The notes under the pieces were generated by a model. That model saw only the letters and a list, made by a program, of their open reading frames with translations, searched no databases and was not told the origin of the DNA. Of a DNA stretch of 64,000 nucleotides, positions 1-8,357 are shown piece by piece. How positions within the stretch are numbered: position 1 is the stretch's first letter; each line of letters begins with the position of its first letter. Where the stretch lies: positions 13,470 through 77,469 of the forward strand of contig JBHLRQ010000004.1 of the NCBI GenBank assembly GCA_048882385.1, given 5' to 3'. This stretch comes from Candidatus Thorarchaeota archaeon (lineage in GTDB: Archaea > Asgardarchaeota > Thorarchaeia > Thorarchaeales > Thorarchaeaceae). The position numbers and the translations under genes are program-made.

Positions 1-155
1 ACATCTAAAGAAACGGGTTTTTCATCATCCATAGGATCGGGTGTTTCTGGATATGGAGAATCCTCTGAATGAAGTGGTTTTCCGCAAAGCTTGCAATATC
101 GTCCATCAGGGACCTCAAGATTACAGAAGGGACACAGGACAAAGGATTCAGACAT
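1..155 (-). CDS. zinc-ribbon protein, N-terminal part (ORF runs off the left edge)
   Basis: Minus-strand ATG at 155 followed by MSESFVLCPFCNLEVPDGRYCKLCGKPLHSEDSPYPETPDPMDDEKPVSLD, open to position 1. Two CxxC pairs form a zinc ribbon. Absent from the ORF track because it is truncated. Confidence 0.45.
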   Translation of the reverse strand, partial: MSESFVLCPFCNLEVPDGRYCKLCGKPLHSEDSPYPETPDPMDDEKPVSLD

Positions 156-215
156 GGCTCTTGACCATCCAAAGATTTACTCGGATCATTATCCGAGTTT
201 AGGATACAGTATTTC

Positions 216-533
216 TTATGCTAGCGAGCCTAATCGTGCACTCACTTCATCTAGCTGGGCTTTAGTGGTGACAATTGTACTCATTCCGTAAGTGGGTAAA
301 ACCTTTAGTTCCTCCACAAGAAGCGCAATTGCCTTCGCCGAATCTATCTCCTTCTGATCAAGCGAGCCATCAGGAAAAGTAAGTGATGCCTCGACCCACT
401 TTGTTTTAGTGTCATCAGAGGGGAACAGACAGTAGATGTAGTCTTCATTGCTGCAGATAAATGAAGGAGTATTCTCCCAGGCTTTGGCCAACAGCATACC
501 AAAAGCCTTCGCGTTCTCAGCCTTATCAGCCAT
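216..533 (-). CDS. hypothetical protein (105 aa)
   Basis: ATG-initiated ORF directly upstream of, and co-directional with, the truncated zinc-ribbon ORF. No motif recognised. Confidence 0.4.
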   Translation of the reverse strand: MADKAENAKAFGMLLAKAWENTPSFICSNEDYIYCLFPSDDTKTKWVEASLTFPDGSLDQKEIDSAKAIALLVEELKVLPTYGMSTIVTTKAQLDEVSARLGSLA

Positions 534-608
534 CAGGATTCATCCTCGGGGCTAGATGTTGTCAGGGACAATGAAACTGCGAACTTAAAACTTTCTCAGT
601 TGGTCAAA

Positions 609-1172
609 CTATGGTCTATACCAGATAAACGAATAGTATGCGACATCACCATTTTCTTTGACAGTAGCAATGATGAATTTCTTTCGTACACTTGCTGACA
701 ATCTTCCTGTACGTGCAATGTCAAGGGGATCAATTCCTTGTCCCCTAGGAATAACATGTATCAGAAATGGTGAATGGTCAATTCCTGGACCATATTCATA
801 GACTCCAAAATCAGTTCCAAACTTCAAACCGGGTCGTACAACATACCCAGAGTCACGAAGCTCAGAATACACAACAAACCGGTCTCTAAAACCATCTAAC
901 CATTCAGAGCCCAACTTGAGAAGGTCTTCCACGCTCAAAATGGATTCATCGTCATGTCTTCGAACTCTCAAACGCTTGTGTTTTGTGAGATATGCACATT
1001 CGATGAGAGATAACTCCAGAGGTTTATCAAATACAGAGGACTTGGGTTTTCTAATTCCAACTGGTTGTCCGAAGTAGTCCTTGTCATAAAGACGCATGCC
1101 TTGTTTAACATCCCATACAATACCTCTATCACCCACGAGACGTGCGTCTGCGACAGGGGAATTTTCACTCAA
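609..1172 (-). CDS. endA: tRNA-splicing (tRNA-intron) endonuclease EndA
   Basis: 187 aa. The C-terminal catalytic core GLKFGTDFGVYEYGP...HSPFLIHV...RLSASVRKKFIIA matches archaeal EndA. Confidence 0.85.
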   Translation of the reverse strand: MSENSPVADARLVGDRGIVWDVKQGMRLYDKDYFGQPVGIRKPKSSVFDKPLELSLIECAYLTKHKRLRVRRHDDESILSVEDLLKLGSEWLDGFRDRFVVYSELRDSGYVVRPGLKFGTDFGVYEYGPGIDHSPFLIHVIPRGQGIDPLDIARTGRLSASVRKKFIIATVKENGDVAYYSFIWYRP

Positions 1173-1190
1173 TTCATAACACCGACTGTA

Positions 1191-1853
1191 TCATGTATTT
1201 AGTGTGAGGGACAATGTTCGAATGACTAGTGCAGCATCTTCACTGAAATTAGCCATGTCCTCAAGCATGTTAATGAAGTCTCGAAATCTCAGCAGGACTG
1301 CTAAGGGAATCTCTAGAGAATAAAGAATTGATACAATATCTCTCATTACTACATCAATTTCCTTCTCGAGTCTGCAAATTTCATCTGCATGTTTCATTGA
1401 GGTTTCCATATTTATGGAAAGAAATCGTACCGCCTCTCTTTGTTGTGAGACTTGAGCGTCTATTAGTTCACCAAGCTTAGCAACTTTCTCTTTAAGGTCA
1501 CCTTCAGGAGTCCATTCTCCTACGACTGCAGCTAGATGGTAGCAGGCAATTTCTGATCCATCTATGCCTTTGTCATTATAATGAACAAGTTTCAGAAGGT
1601 CTTCGCGTTGCATTAGTGTACTTGCTTCTGCCAATTCATTAAGGATGGCTCTTTTCAGGGCATCGCCTTTTACCTCAATTTCTGTGATTTTTTGTAATTC
1701 TTCTTCGTCAATCGATTTCTTCCCTTCAAGCCAGTCAGTCATTGCATTAATCACAATCTTATATGCAGAAACAGCAGTCCTATAATGCTCATCAAGCATA
1801 TGAGTGATATTTCCTAGCTCGGAACTCATGAAACGTCCATTATCAAGAACCAT
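1191..1853 (-). CDS. DUF47 / PhoU-like helical protein (putative phosphate-regulator family)
   Basis: 220-aa helical protein whose length and sequence pattern resemble the TIGR00153/DUF47 family. By-eye call with no adjacent Pit transporter. Confidence 0.5.
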   Translation of the reverse strand: MVLDNGRFMSSELGNITHMLDEHYRTAVSAYKIVINAMTDWLEGKKSIDEEELQKITEIEVKGDALKRAILNELAEASTLMQREDLLKLVHYNDKGIDGSEIACYHLAAVVGEWTPEGDLKEKVAKLGELIDAQVSQQREAVRFLSINMETSMKHADEICRLEKEIDVVMRDIVSILYSLEIPLAVLLRFRDFINMLEDMANFSEDAALVIRTLSLTLNT

Positions 1854-1938
1854 TGTATTTCACCCTGCAAGCTGGAGTCGATTGGAGTAGCTTTTTAATT
1901 CTTCCTGACATTCCACCATAATAGGAGAACTAGGTGAA

Positions 1939-2736
1939 ATGGAGCTCTGGCAGCTTATTGTTGCACTGATACAAGGACTTGTAGAATGGCTTCCTATAAG
2001 TAGTGAAGGACAGGTAGTGTTGTTTCTTTACAACTTCACAGCTGTTCCCACAGAGGAAATTGTTTCACTTGTTGTTTGGCTACACCTTGGTACTGCATTA
2101 GCTGTAGTAGCGCGATACCCAAAAGTCATTCTTGAGATTCTAAGCCTTAAAGACAAAGGGCTGTTCAGACTACTCCTTGTGGCAACATTAAGCACAGCCA
2201 TCACTGCAGTTCCACTGTATTTCTTTCTGAAGAATAGTCTAACACCATTCCATGGTGAGGTTCTAAATGTACTAGTTGGTATATTGCTCTTAATCACAGC
2301 GCTAATCCTCTATCTTCCTTCACGAACCACGGGAGAAACTGAGGAGATAACTAAGAATGTTGAAGACAGAGATGCAGCTGTAACAGGACTTATTCAGGGA
2401 CTAGCGGTATTACCAGGTCTGAGTAGGTCCGGTGTCACCATTTCAGCACTGCTCATGCAAAAAATCGATAAGGAAACTGCAATGAAATTCAGTTTCTTGA
2501 TGAGTGTCCCTGCTGTATTGGCTATTCTTGTTTTAGAGATTGTAACAGGAAGCACCATTCCTGCGGGGGTAGGAACATTGGACCTCATTGTGATTGAGGC
2601 CATAGTATTTGTGGTTGGATTAGCATCAATGGAATTCTTGCTAAGATTAGCTCGACAAATAAGTTTCTGGAAATTATGTCTAGTACTAGCAGTCATAGCG
2701 ATTCTGTTTGGTATCCCTGCGTTGATACCATTATAG
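1939..2736 (+). CDS. uppP: undecaprenyl-diphosphatase (BacA/UppP family)
   Basis: Polytopic membrane protein carrying both family signatures: EWLPISSEGQ near the N-terminus and PGLSRSGVTIS mid-protein. Confidence 0.85.
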   Translation: MELWQLIVALIQGLVEWLPISSEGQVVLFLYNFTAVPTEEIVSLVVWLHLGTALAVVARYPKVILEILSLKDKGLFRLLLVATLSTAITAVPLYFFLKNSLTPFHGEVLNVLVGILLLITALILYLPSRTTGETEEITKNVEDRDAAVTGLIQGLAVLPGLSRSGVTISALLMQKIDKETAMKFSFLMSVPAVLAILVLEIVTGSTIPAGVGTLDLIVIEAIVFVVGLASMEFLLRLARQISFWKLCLVLAVIAILFGIPALIPL

Positions 2737-2739
2737 CTA

Positions 2740-3507
2740 TTAATCCTCCCTTTTCTGAAACATTATTGCGATGGGAGAGTTCGCCTGACGCCATTCCGCG
2801 AGTTTGCCTTCGTAATCTAGAGGAACTGGATGGCGACCATGATTGCCAATTACGATAAATAGAGTCCCAACTCTTGCTTGTCTAAGAAGCACTTTGATCC
2901 AGTTGTCAGTTCGACGCACAATTTTCTCTAGAAGTGTTTTTGGCGGAGTTCTGTGTCCATATTGTGCATAAAGGCTCTCAAAGTCCAAGAAGTGAAGATA
3001 CAAAAGTTCGCTTTTGAAGATGTGTTTTGTTGCCTCGATATAGGTGGCCATATCGTCTCTGGGTCGAACTGTAAATGCAGGGTCGAAATCACATTGAACC
3101 ATGTCTTCTTCACGGCAAATAACTTTGGTTACTTTTCCGGAGTTCCTGACATGTTTGATAAGGTGGAAGTCAGTTCTATGACCTTTCAGTAGTCTTTTGA
3201 TGAGAGGTAACGCATAAGGATCAGTAGTTTCAAGTAGAGCCAAAGCTTCCATGTTTTTAATAAGAGCCTCAGGTTTGTACACCACTGCTTCAAAGAGTCC
3301 GAAGTTGTCAATCATAATTATGACAACTGCCTTCGGATTGAATTTCTGTAGCAACTCTTCATTTGGAGGAAAGAGTCCTTCAGGAATCTCTATACCTAGT
3401 AATTTCAAGACTGTCGCAGGAAACTCTAATGCTGTGGTTCGTACCTGTGGAAACGACATTCCTCTTCCTCGGTGGTGTTCCTGTTTTTGTTCGTAAATCC
3501 GCCTCAA
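2740..3507 (-). CDS. hypothetical protein, possibly alkaline-phosphatase-superfamily (phosphodiesterase/PglZ-like)
   Basis: IIMIDNFG and IGNHGRH resemble the metal-ligand motifs of AlkP-superfamily enzymes, but the match is weak. The start may be M17 at 3459. Confidence 0.4.
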   Translation of the reverse strand: MRRIYEQKQEHHRGRGMSFPQVRTTALEFPATVLKLLGIEIPEGLFPPNEELLQKFNPKAVVIIMIDNFGLFEAVVYKPEALIKNMEALALLETTDPYALPLIKRLLKGHRTDFHLIKHVRNSGKVTKVICREEDMVQCDFDPAFTVRPRDDMATYIEATKHIFKSELLYLHFLDFESLYAQYGHRTPPKTLLEKIVRRTDNWIKVLLRQARVGTLFIVIGNHGRHPVPLDYEGKLAEWRQANSPIAIMFQKRED

Positions 3508-3513
3508 TAAGGT

Positions 3514-4593
3514 TTGGTAGATAGGCTCTGCAGTAATGTATCTGCTGCATATTCTTCAAGCTTCTTTAACCTATGGCCGATGGAAGAGTTAAAAAACTCA
3601 CCCGAGCCTCGAACCTCAAGGGGCAAACCAATGACTCTTCGGGACATCATATACAAAGACACTGTCAAGTTCATCCTATCTGGGGGAAAAGGAGGAGTAG
3701 GAAAAACTAGCACAGCAGGAGCTATGGCAGTGCTATCTGCAAGGCATGGTTTTCGTACATTAGTACTCTCTACTGATCCAGCACATAGTCTAAGTGATAG
3801 TTTTGACCAAGATCTCTCTGGAGGAGAAGTAATTCCGATACAGGGCTTTGACAATCTTTGGGGCATGGAGGTAAATACAGCAAAAGGAATGGAACAATTC
3901 CAACAAGCCATGGGAGAAGGCACAATAGGTCCTGAAGCACAAATGGCTGCAGGTCTGATGGGCGATATGACAGGAATGGCACCTCCTGGTTCTGATGAGG
4001 CAATGGCTTTTGGCAAAATTCTTGAATTTATTGAAGACTCCTCATACGATCGGGTTATTTTCGACACTGCACCCACTGGGCACACACTTAAACTACTTGA
4101 ACTACCGGACCTTTTGGATAGCTGGTTGGGCAAAATACTGACTATGAGACAACGACTCAGCTCCATGATGTCAGGACTGCGTAGTATGTTTGGAGGCGGG
4201 GATCAAGAAGACTCCTCTTGGCAAATGATTCAGCAGACGAAAGACAAGATATATGCAGCAAGAGTCGAATTATCAGACCCTGATACAACTCAGTTTGTTG
4301 TAGTGATGATTCCTGAAGCAATGGCAGTTTTTGAAACACAACGCCTGTTGGCAAGCCTCGACTCTTGGCACATTCCAGCCACCCATTTGATAGTCAATCA
4401 ACTAGTACCTCCAAATCCATCATGCAAGTTCTGTTCAAAACGGCACGAAATGCAAGAGGCTAATATGGTTGATATTCGAGAGTTGTACTCAGACCTAGAC
4501 CTGACAGAAGTCCCACAATTCGAAGGAGAGATAAGAGGGATTGAGGGTCTCACAAAACTGGGCAAGATACTCATCGGAGAAGCTGAGGAATAA
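3514..4593 (+). CDS. ArsA/Get3 (TRC40)-family ATPase
   Basis: P-loop GGKGGVGKTS, STDPAHSLSD and DTAPTGHTLKLLELP signatures. The true start is probably ATG 3580 or 3631, because the first 22-39 codons look non-conserved. Confidence 0.85.
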   Translation: MVDRLCSNVSAAYSSSFFNLWPMEELKNSPEPRTSRGKPMTLRDIIYKDTVKFILSGGKGGVGKTSTAGAMAVLSARHGFRTLVLSTDPAHSLSDSFDQDLSGGEVIPIQGFDNLWGMEVNTAKGMEQFQQAMGEGTIGPEAQMAAGLMGDMTGMAPPGSDEAMAFGKILEFIEDSSYDRVIFDTAPTGHTLKLLELPDLLDSWLGKILTMRQRLSSMMSGLRSMFGGGDQEDSSWQMIQQTKDKIYAARVELSDPDTTQFVVVMIPEAMAVFETQRLLASLDSWHIPATHLIVNQLVPPNPSCKFCSKRHEMQEANMVDIRELYSDLDLTEVPQFEGEIRGIEGLTKLGKILIGEAEE

Positions 4594-4595
4594 GA

Positions 4596-4694
4596 ATGAG
4601 ACACTCAACAAAGAGAAAACTGATGTCGCTCTGTATGGTTCTTCTTTTCCTAGGTTCATTTGCAATAGCAATATTCCTCATGTACAGGCCTTGA
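4596..4694 (+). CDS. 32-aa single-pass membrane micro-ORF (hypothetical)
   Basis: ATG lies 3 nt after the Get3 stop. MRHSTKRKLMSLCMVLLFLGSFAIAIFLMYRP has a basic N-terminus followed by one C-terminal hydrophobic helix. Too short for the ORF track. Confidence 0.3.
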   Translation: MRHSTKRKLMSLCMVLLFLGSFAIAIFLMYRP

Positions 4695-4710
4695 CCTGAA
4701 TAGACAAAAA

Positions 4711-4853
4711 CTAGACTCCTTTGACTCGTTTTACGACAGGCGGACGGATTTTGTAGAGAATCCGGCCGCCGCAGTAGGGCACTTGACGCCGGGAAGGGTC
4801 TTCAATCCTTCTGGCGTTACTTCCTTATGGCACTTGTGGCATACGTAAACCAT
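4711..4853 (-). CDS. rpoP: DNA-directed RNA polymerase subunit P (Rpo12/RpoP, Rpb12 homologue); frame interrupted by 1 nt as assembled
   Basis: MVYVCHKCHKEVTPEGLKTLPGVKC then, in the -1 frame, PYCGGRILYKIRPPVVKRVKGV. This equals the archaeal RpoP pattern CxxC...LPGVxCPYCG. Frame 0 instead ends at TAA 4731-4733. Adding one C to the C3 run (plus-strand ggg 4777-4779) restores a 47-aa protein. Confidence 0.7.
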
Positions 4854-4922
4854 TCTTGAAATTCACTCCTTCATATTGTTTGAACATCTCCTCTGGAATG
4901 ATATCGCAATAAGAAGTTTGTC

Positions 4923-4988
4923 TTAAGGACTCTCCTTCAGACCTTCAGGAGTAACTTCCTTGTGGCATTTATGACAAACGTAAACCAT
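4923..4988 (-). CDS. 21-codon ORF duplicating the RpoP N-terminus (MVYVCHKCHKEVTPEGLKESP)
   Basis: The first 18 aa are identical to rpoP, with 10 synonymous and 0 non-synonymous nucleotide differences. GGTGA lies 5 nt upstream of the ATG. Whether it is functional is unknown. Confidence 0.35.
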   Translation of the reverse strand: MVYVCHKCHKEVTPEGLKESP

Positions 4989-5035
4989 TCCAGTCACCAA
5001 TATGAGTGGAATTCTAAGGCAATATGAAGCTTTTC

Positions 5036-6640
5036 TTACGACACACGTGTATCAGACTCCTGAACTACCTCACCAGCCACCAATCCACTACTCAACACAT
5101 CCTTGATTCTAACTGAAAGAAGGGTACCTGATGAGAATCCGCCTTGAACTGTCATGAGTGGACCCTCTTCGAAGGGATACACCATAGTGAAACCGTGATG
5201 GGTCTTTGAAGGTTCAGCAGCAATTCCTCGAACTATTGTTCCAACGTATTGTTCCTTTTTCCTACGATTGATTTTCTCTGCTTCCTTTCTGAGTCTAAGC
5301 CCATGTTCATCCTTTTTCGAAGACTCAGGAAAATCAGCAAACGCAGAACCTGGTAATGCACGAAAACCATAGAGGATTATTCTCTCAGCTCCAGATTCAC
5401 TGACATCTCGCATCATCCGGATTGATTGCTCAGTTGTTTCTGCGTTCTCTCCAGGGAGACCGTATATGAGATACACAAATGGTTTCATTCCATATTTCTG
5501 TGCAATCTTCACAGCTTGGATTACATCTCCCGAGTTACCACATTTCCCAATCTGTTGCATATGATAATCAGAACCAGTTTCAAGACCTATGTTGGGAGAA
5601 CTGGAAATCATTGATTCTATGAGTGTCTTGGCTACATCTTCTGTAAACAAACAAGCTTTCATGTTTTCAATTGCAATGTGAATAGAGCCTTCCCGAACTT
5701 GGGGTAAGGAGTTTAACTTGCCGAGAAGATCTCTTATCGCAACCAAGTTTGCGGGAGGATGACAGGGGTCAGTCAACGGTTCTGTACCCCGTTTGTAATC
5801 TAGAAATCCTGGAGCCTCAAGAACAACCCTATGAACATCAAGATCAACCAGCTCTTGCACTTCTTTGACAATGGAATCTACTGACCGACTTCTTGGAGGT
5901 CCCCATGTACCTGGCACGCTGCAGAATCCACATCCAGGAGGTATAGATTCCGGACAATTCATCCTAACTTTTGCTACTTCAGAGTCGCAGTTTTCACAAT
6001 CCGTGCACTTACTTCCATCTGGTAGAGGAAGTTTAGTGCGTTTGAAATTCGAGCAACCACGAAGTATCTCAACATAGACTTTGCTTGCCTGATAGACAGG
6101 ATAGTCTATAATGCGAACAGTTGAAGGAAAATACTTCTCAGAGAATTCAGCCGCTGAGAGTAAGCTTCGAAACTTGGTCATGTGGATCTTTCCAGACTTG
6201 ATGAATGCGATACCAGGAATCTCTGATAATGAATTGCAATTGTTAAGAGCGTCTGTTCTTAGGATGTCATCGAGTGTCGCTTCACCTTCGCCAATGACCA
6301 CAATATCAGGTTTAATCTCAGTGAGTGTCCTTTCAGGTTCTGCTGAAATTGGACCTCCAATAATCACCCTGCCTTTTTGATTCGCCTGACGCCATAATCG
6401 GACTACTTTTTTTGTCGCGGACAGATCCATTGTCATTGCACTGACTGCCATGTGATCAAATCGACGGAGAAGGCTTCTCTTGGATAGTATATCTTCCACG
6501 CGATGTATTCTGCAGTCCAGCTGGTGTTTTTCAAAGAGTCCAGCCACAGTGCGAGGACCACAGCCTATTGAATCACGCGAACTACTTCTTTGACCTGACC
6601 CTGCACTGAGTGCATCAACAATCAGTATTCGATCCTTCAT
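5036..6640 (-). CDS. radical SAM protein with N-terminal B12-binding-like domain and C-terminal TRAM-like domain
   Basis: Starts MKDRILIVDALS (Rossmann-like domain). RGC...GCGFCSV cluster cysteines, then a C-terminal beta-rich segment VGTIVRGIAAEP...LLSVRIKDV. Start set at ATG 6640 because the 77 upstream codons of the track ORF overlap aIF1. Confidence 0.75.
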   Translation of the reverse strand: MKDRILIVDALSAGSGQRSSSRDSIGCGPRTVAGLFEKHQLDCRIHRVEDILSKRSLLRRFDHMAVSAMTMDLSATKKVVRLWRQANQKGRVIIGGPISAEPERTLTEIKPDIVVIGEGEATLDDILRTDALNNCNSLSEIPGIAFIKSGKIHMTKFRSLLSAAEFSEKYFPSTVRIIDYPVYQASKVYVEILRGCSNFKRTKLPLPDGSKCTDCENCDSEVAKVRMNCPESIPPGCGFCSVPGTWGPPRSRSVDSIVKEVQELVDLDVHRVVLEAPGFLDYKRGTEPLTDPCHPPANLVAIRDLLGKLNSLPQVREGSIHIAIENMKACLFTEDVAKTLIESMISSSPNIGLETGSDYHMQQIGKCGNSGDVIQAVKIAQKYGMKPFVYLIYGLPGENAETTEQSIRMMRDVSESGAERIILYGFRALPGSAFADFPESSKKDEHGLRLRKEAEKINRRKKEQYVGTIVRGIAAEPSKTHHGFTMVYPFEEGPLMTVQGGFSSGTLLSVRIKDVLSSGLVAGEVVQESDTRVS

Positions 6641-6783
6641 TATTTTCTTGTCTACAATCCATAGCTGGTTCTTTACTGTTCCTAGAAGGGATAATTGCCA
6701 CAACTCATAGCACTTATATGGCGCTAGGGACACATCTCTCTCCAGTACAAAGTACAACCTAAAACTAAGGAGTATAATACTGC

Positions 6784-7128
6784 GTGAGCGACGACGAAGG
6801 TGGAATATGCCCGAATTGTGGTTTGCCTCAGGACCTATGCGTCTGTGAAACGATTGCACAGGAAGAGGCAAGAATTTCTGTGACTATCGAACGACGAAAA
6901 TGGGGTCGACTGACAACTGTTGTTGAAGGTTTTGACAAAAATATCGACCTCGGTGATTTGGCTACGAAATTGAAAGGTAAGCTAGCATGTGGTGGTGCTG
7001 CAAAGCATGGTCACATAGAGCTTCAGGGAGATCATCGAGGAGTCATACAAGAAGTATTGGCGAAGCTAGGATTCCCAGAAGAGATGGTTCAGGTGGACTG
7101 GACCTTCCAAAGAACTGGTAGAAGGTAA
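6784..7128 (+). CDS. sui1: translation initiation factor aIF1 (SUI1)
   Basis: GTG start. N-terminal CPNCGLPQDLCVC zinc knuckle followed by the SUI1 fold RISVTIERRKWGRLTTVVEGF...KLACGG...IELQGDHR. Confidence 0.9.
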   Translation: MSDDEGGICPNCGLPQDLCVCETIAQEEARISVTIERRKWGRLTTVVEGFDKNIDLGDLATKLKGKLACGGAAKHGHIELQGDHRGVIQEVLAKLGFPEEMVQVDWTFQRTGRR

Positions 7129-7189
7129 AACATCTGGTGCCTTCTGGGGAATTTTCCTCTAGTTCTATTCTTTTGAAAATTAGTCAGAA

Positions 7190-8185
7190 TCATGTTCCAA
7201 GGGTCATCGAGTTGATTCCAAGTTTCTTCACAATCTCTTTGTATCTGTTGCGGACAGTGACCTCTGTTACTCTGGCTACTTCTGCAATCTCACGTTGAGT
7301 CCTCCGCTCATCTAACATGATTGAAGCAACATAGATAGCTGCAGCAGCCAAACCCAAGGGATCACGACCAATCGTGAGACCTATGTCTCTACTTCTCTGA
7401 AGAATTTCTACAGTTCTTAGTTGTACAGGACTGGATAATGATAGTTGAGAAGCAAACCGAGATATGTAATCAATAGGATTACTAAGTGGGATCTTAATTG
7501 CAAGACTTCTAAGAAGTAGACGATAACATTGTCCAAGCTTCTTTTTATCAACACGAGATGCATCAGCAACTTCGTCTAAAGGACGAGGTTTCAGTCGTAT
7601 CCTGCAGGCGGCATAGAGCGTTGCAGCTACCATGGCCTCGATGGACCTACCTCTCACAAGCTTTTGGATGATTGATTTTCTATAGAGAAGCGCAGCCAAC
7701 TCACGAATAGGACCAGGTATGCCAAGCTGTGATGACAATCGTTCAAGCTCTGACATTGCTTGAGCCAGATTACGATCCATACTTGAGTGAACGCGAGACC
7801 GTATCTGCCATTTACGTAGCCTGTAAATCTCGGATCTTCTCGTTGGGCTCAGTTTTTTACCTGACGTGTCCCTGTCACGCCAGTCAATTACTGTTGATAG
7901 TCCCTTATCGTGTACTGTATAACGTACCGGGGCTCCCACACGGCTCCGAGCGTCACTCTCCTCTGCACTGAAAGCTCTCCACTCGGCACCAGTATCAATT
8001 CGATGATCTGATAGAACAAGACCACATCCGCCGCAAACCCTCTCTCCACGAGTTAGGTCTTCAACAACAGAAGCTGAACCACATTCAGAACAAGATGGTG
8101 GTTCAATAGAAGTTTCTACAGTCCCCTTTCTATCATTAGCACTCCGCGTCCGGTCCAATGCCTCTCTCTCTCCACCAGAGTCCAT
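7190..8185 (-). CDS. tfb: transcription initiation factor IIB (TFB)
   Basis: N-terminal zinc ribbon CSECGSASVVEDLTRGERVCGGCGLVL, B-finger/linker and two cyclin-fold repeats (AATLYAACR, AAAIYVASI). Confidence 0.95.
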   Translation of the reverse strand: MDSGGEREALDRTRSANDRKGTVETSIEPPSCSECGSASVVEDLTRGERVCGGCGLVLSDHRIDTGAEWRAFSAEESDARSRVGAPVRYTVHDKGLSTVIDWRDRDTSGKKLSPTRRSEIYRLRKWQIRSRVHSSMDRNLAQAMSELERLSSQLGIPGPIRELAALLYRKSIIQKLVRGRSIEAMVAATLYAACRIRLKPRPLDEVADASRVDKKKLGQCYRLLLRSLAIKIPLSNPIDYISRFASQLSLSSPVQLRTVEILQRSRDIGLTIGRDPLGLAAAAIYVASIMLDERRTQREIAEVARVTEVTVRNRYKEIVKKLGINSMTLGT

Positions 8186-8357
8186 GGTTCCGAAAAAAAC
8201 CGCCAGATATCACTGACAAGTTATAGACCCAATGACAGTCTCCCGGTACCCACAACAAAACATCTGGGAAAATTTTCTTTTAATTGTTCTGGGTTAACTG
8301 ATGAAGCCTTCTACGAATCATAAACTAATGTTTGTTCATGCACAGAAGCATACAAAA

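Noticed and set aside
3504-4166. 220-aa minus-strand ORF
   Set aside because: It lies entirely antisense to the well-supported Get3/ArsA gene. It has S/P/A-rich shadow composition and no motif.
4731-4790. Programmed -1 ribosomal frameshifting in rpoP (and at 43170-43186)
   Set aside because: Neither site has an X-XXY-YYZ slippery heptamer or an obvious downstream stimulatory structure. Both are repaired by lengthening a G/C triplet, which favours an assembly indel or pseudogenisation.
6641-6871. N-terminal 77 codons of the 611-aa track ORF
   Set aside because: They overlap the aIF1 gene on the opposite strand and precede the conserved MKDRILIVD start of the radical SAM protein.
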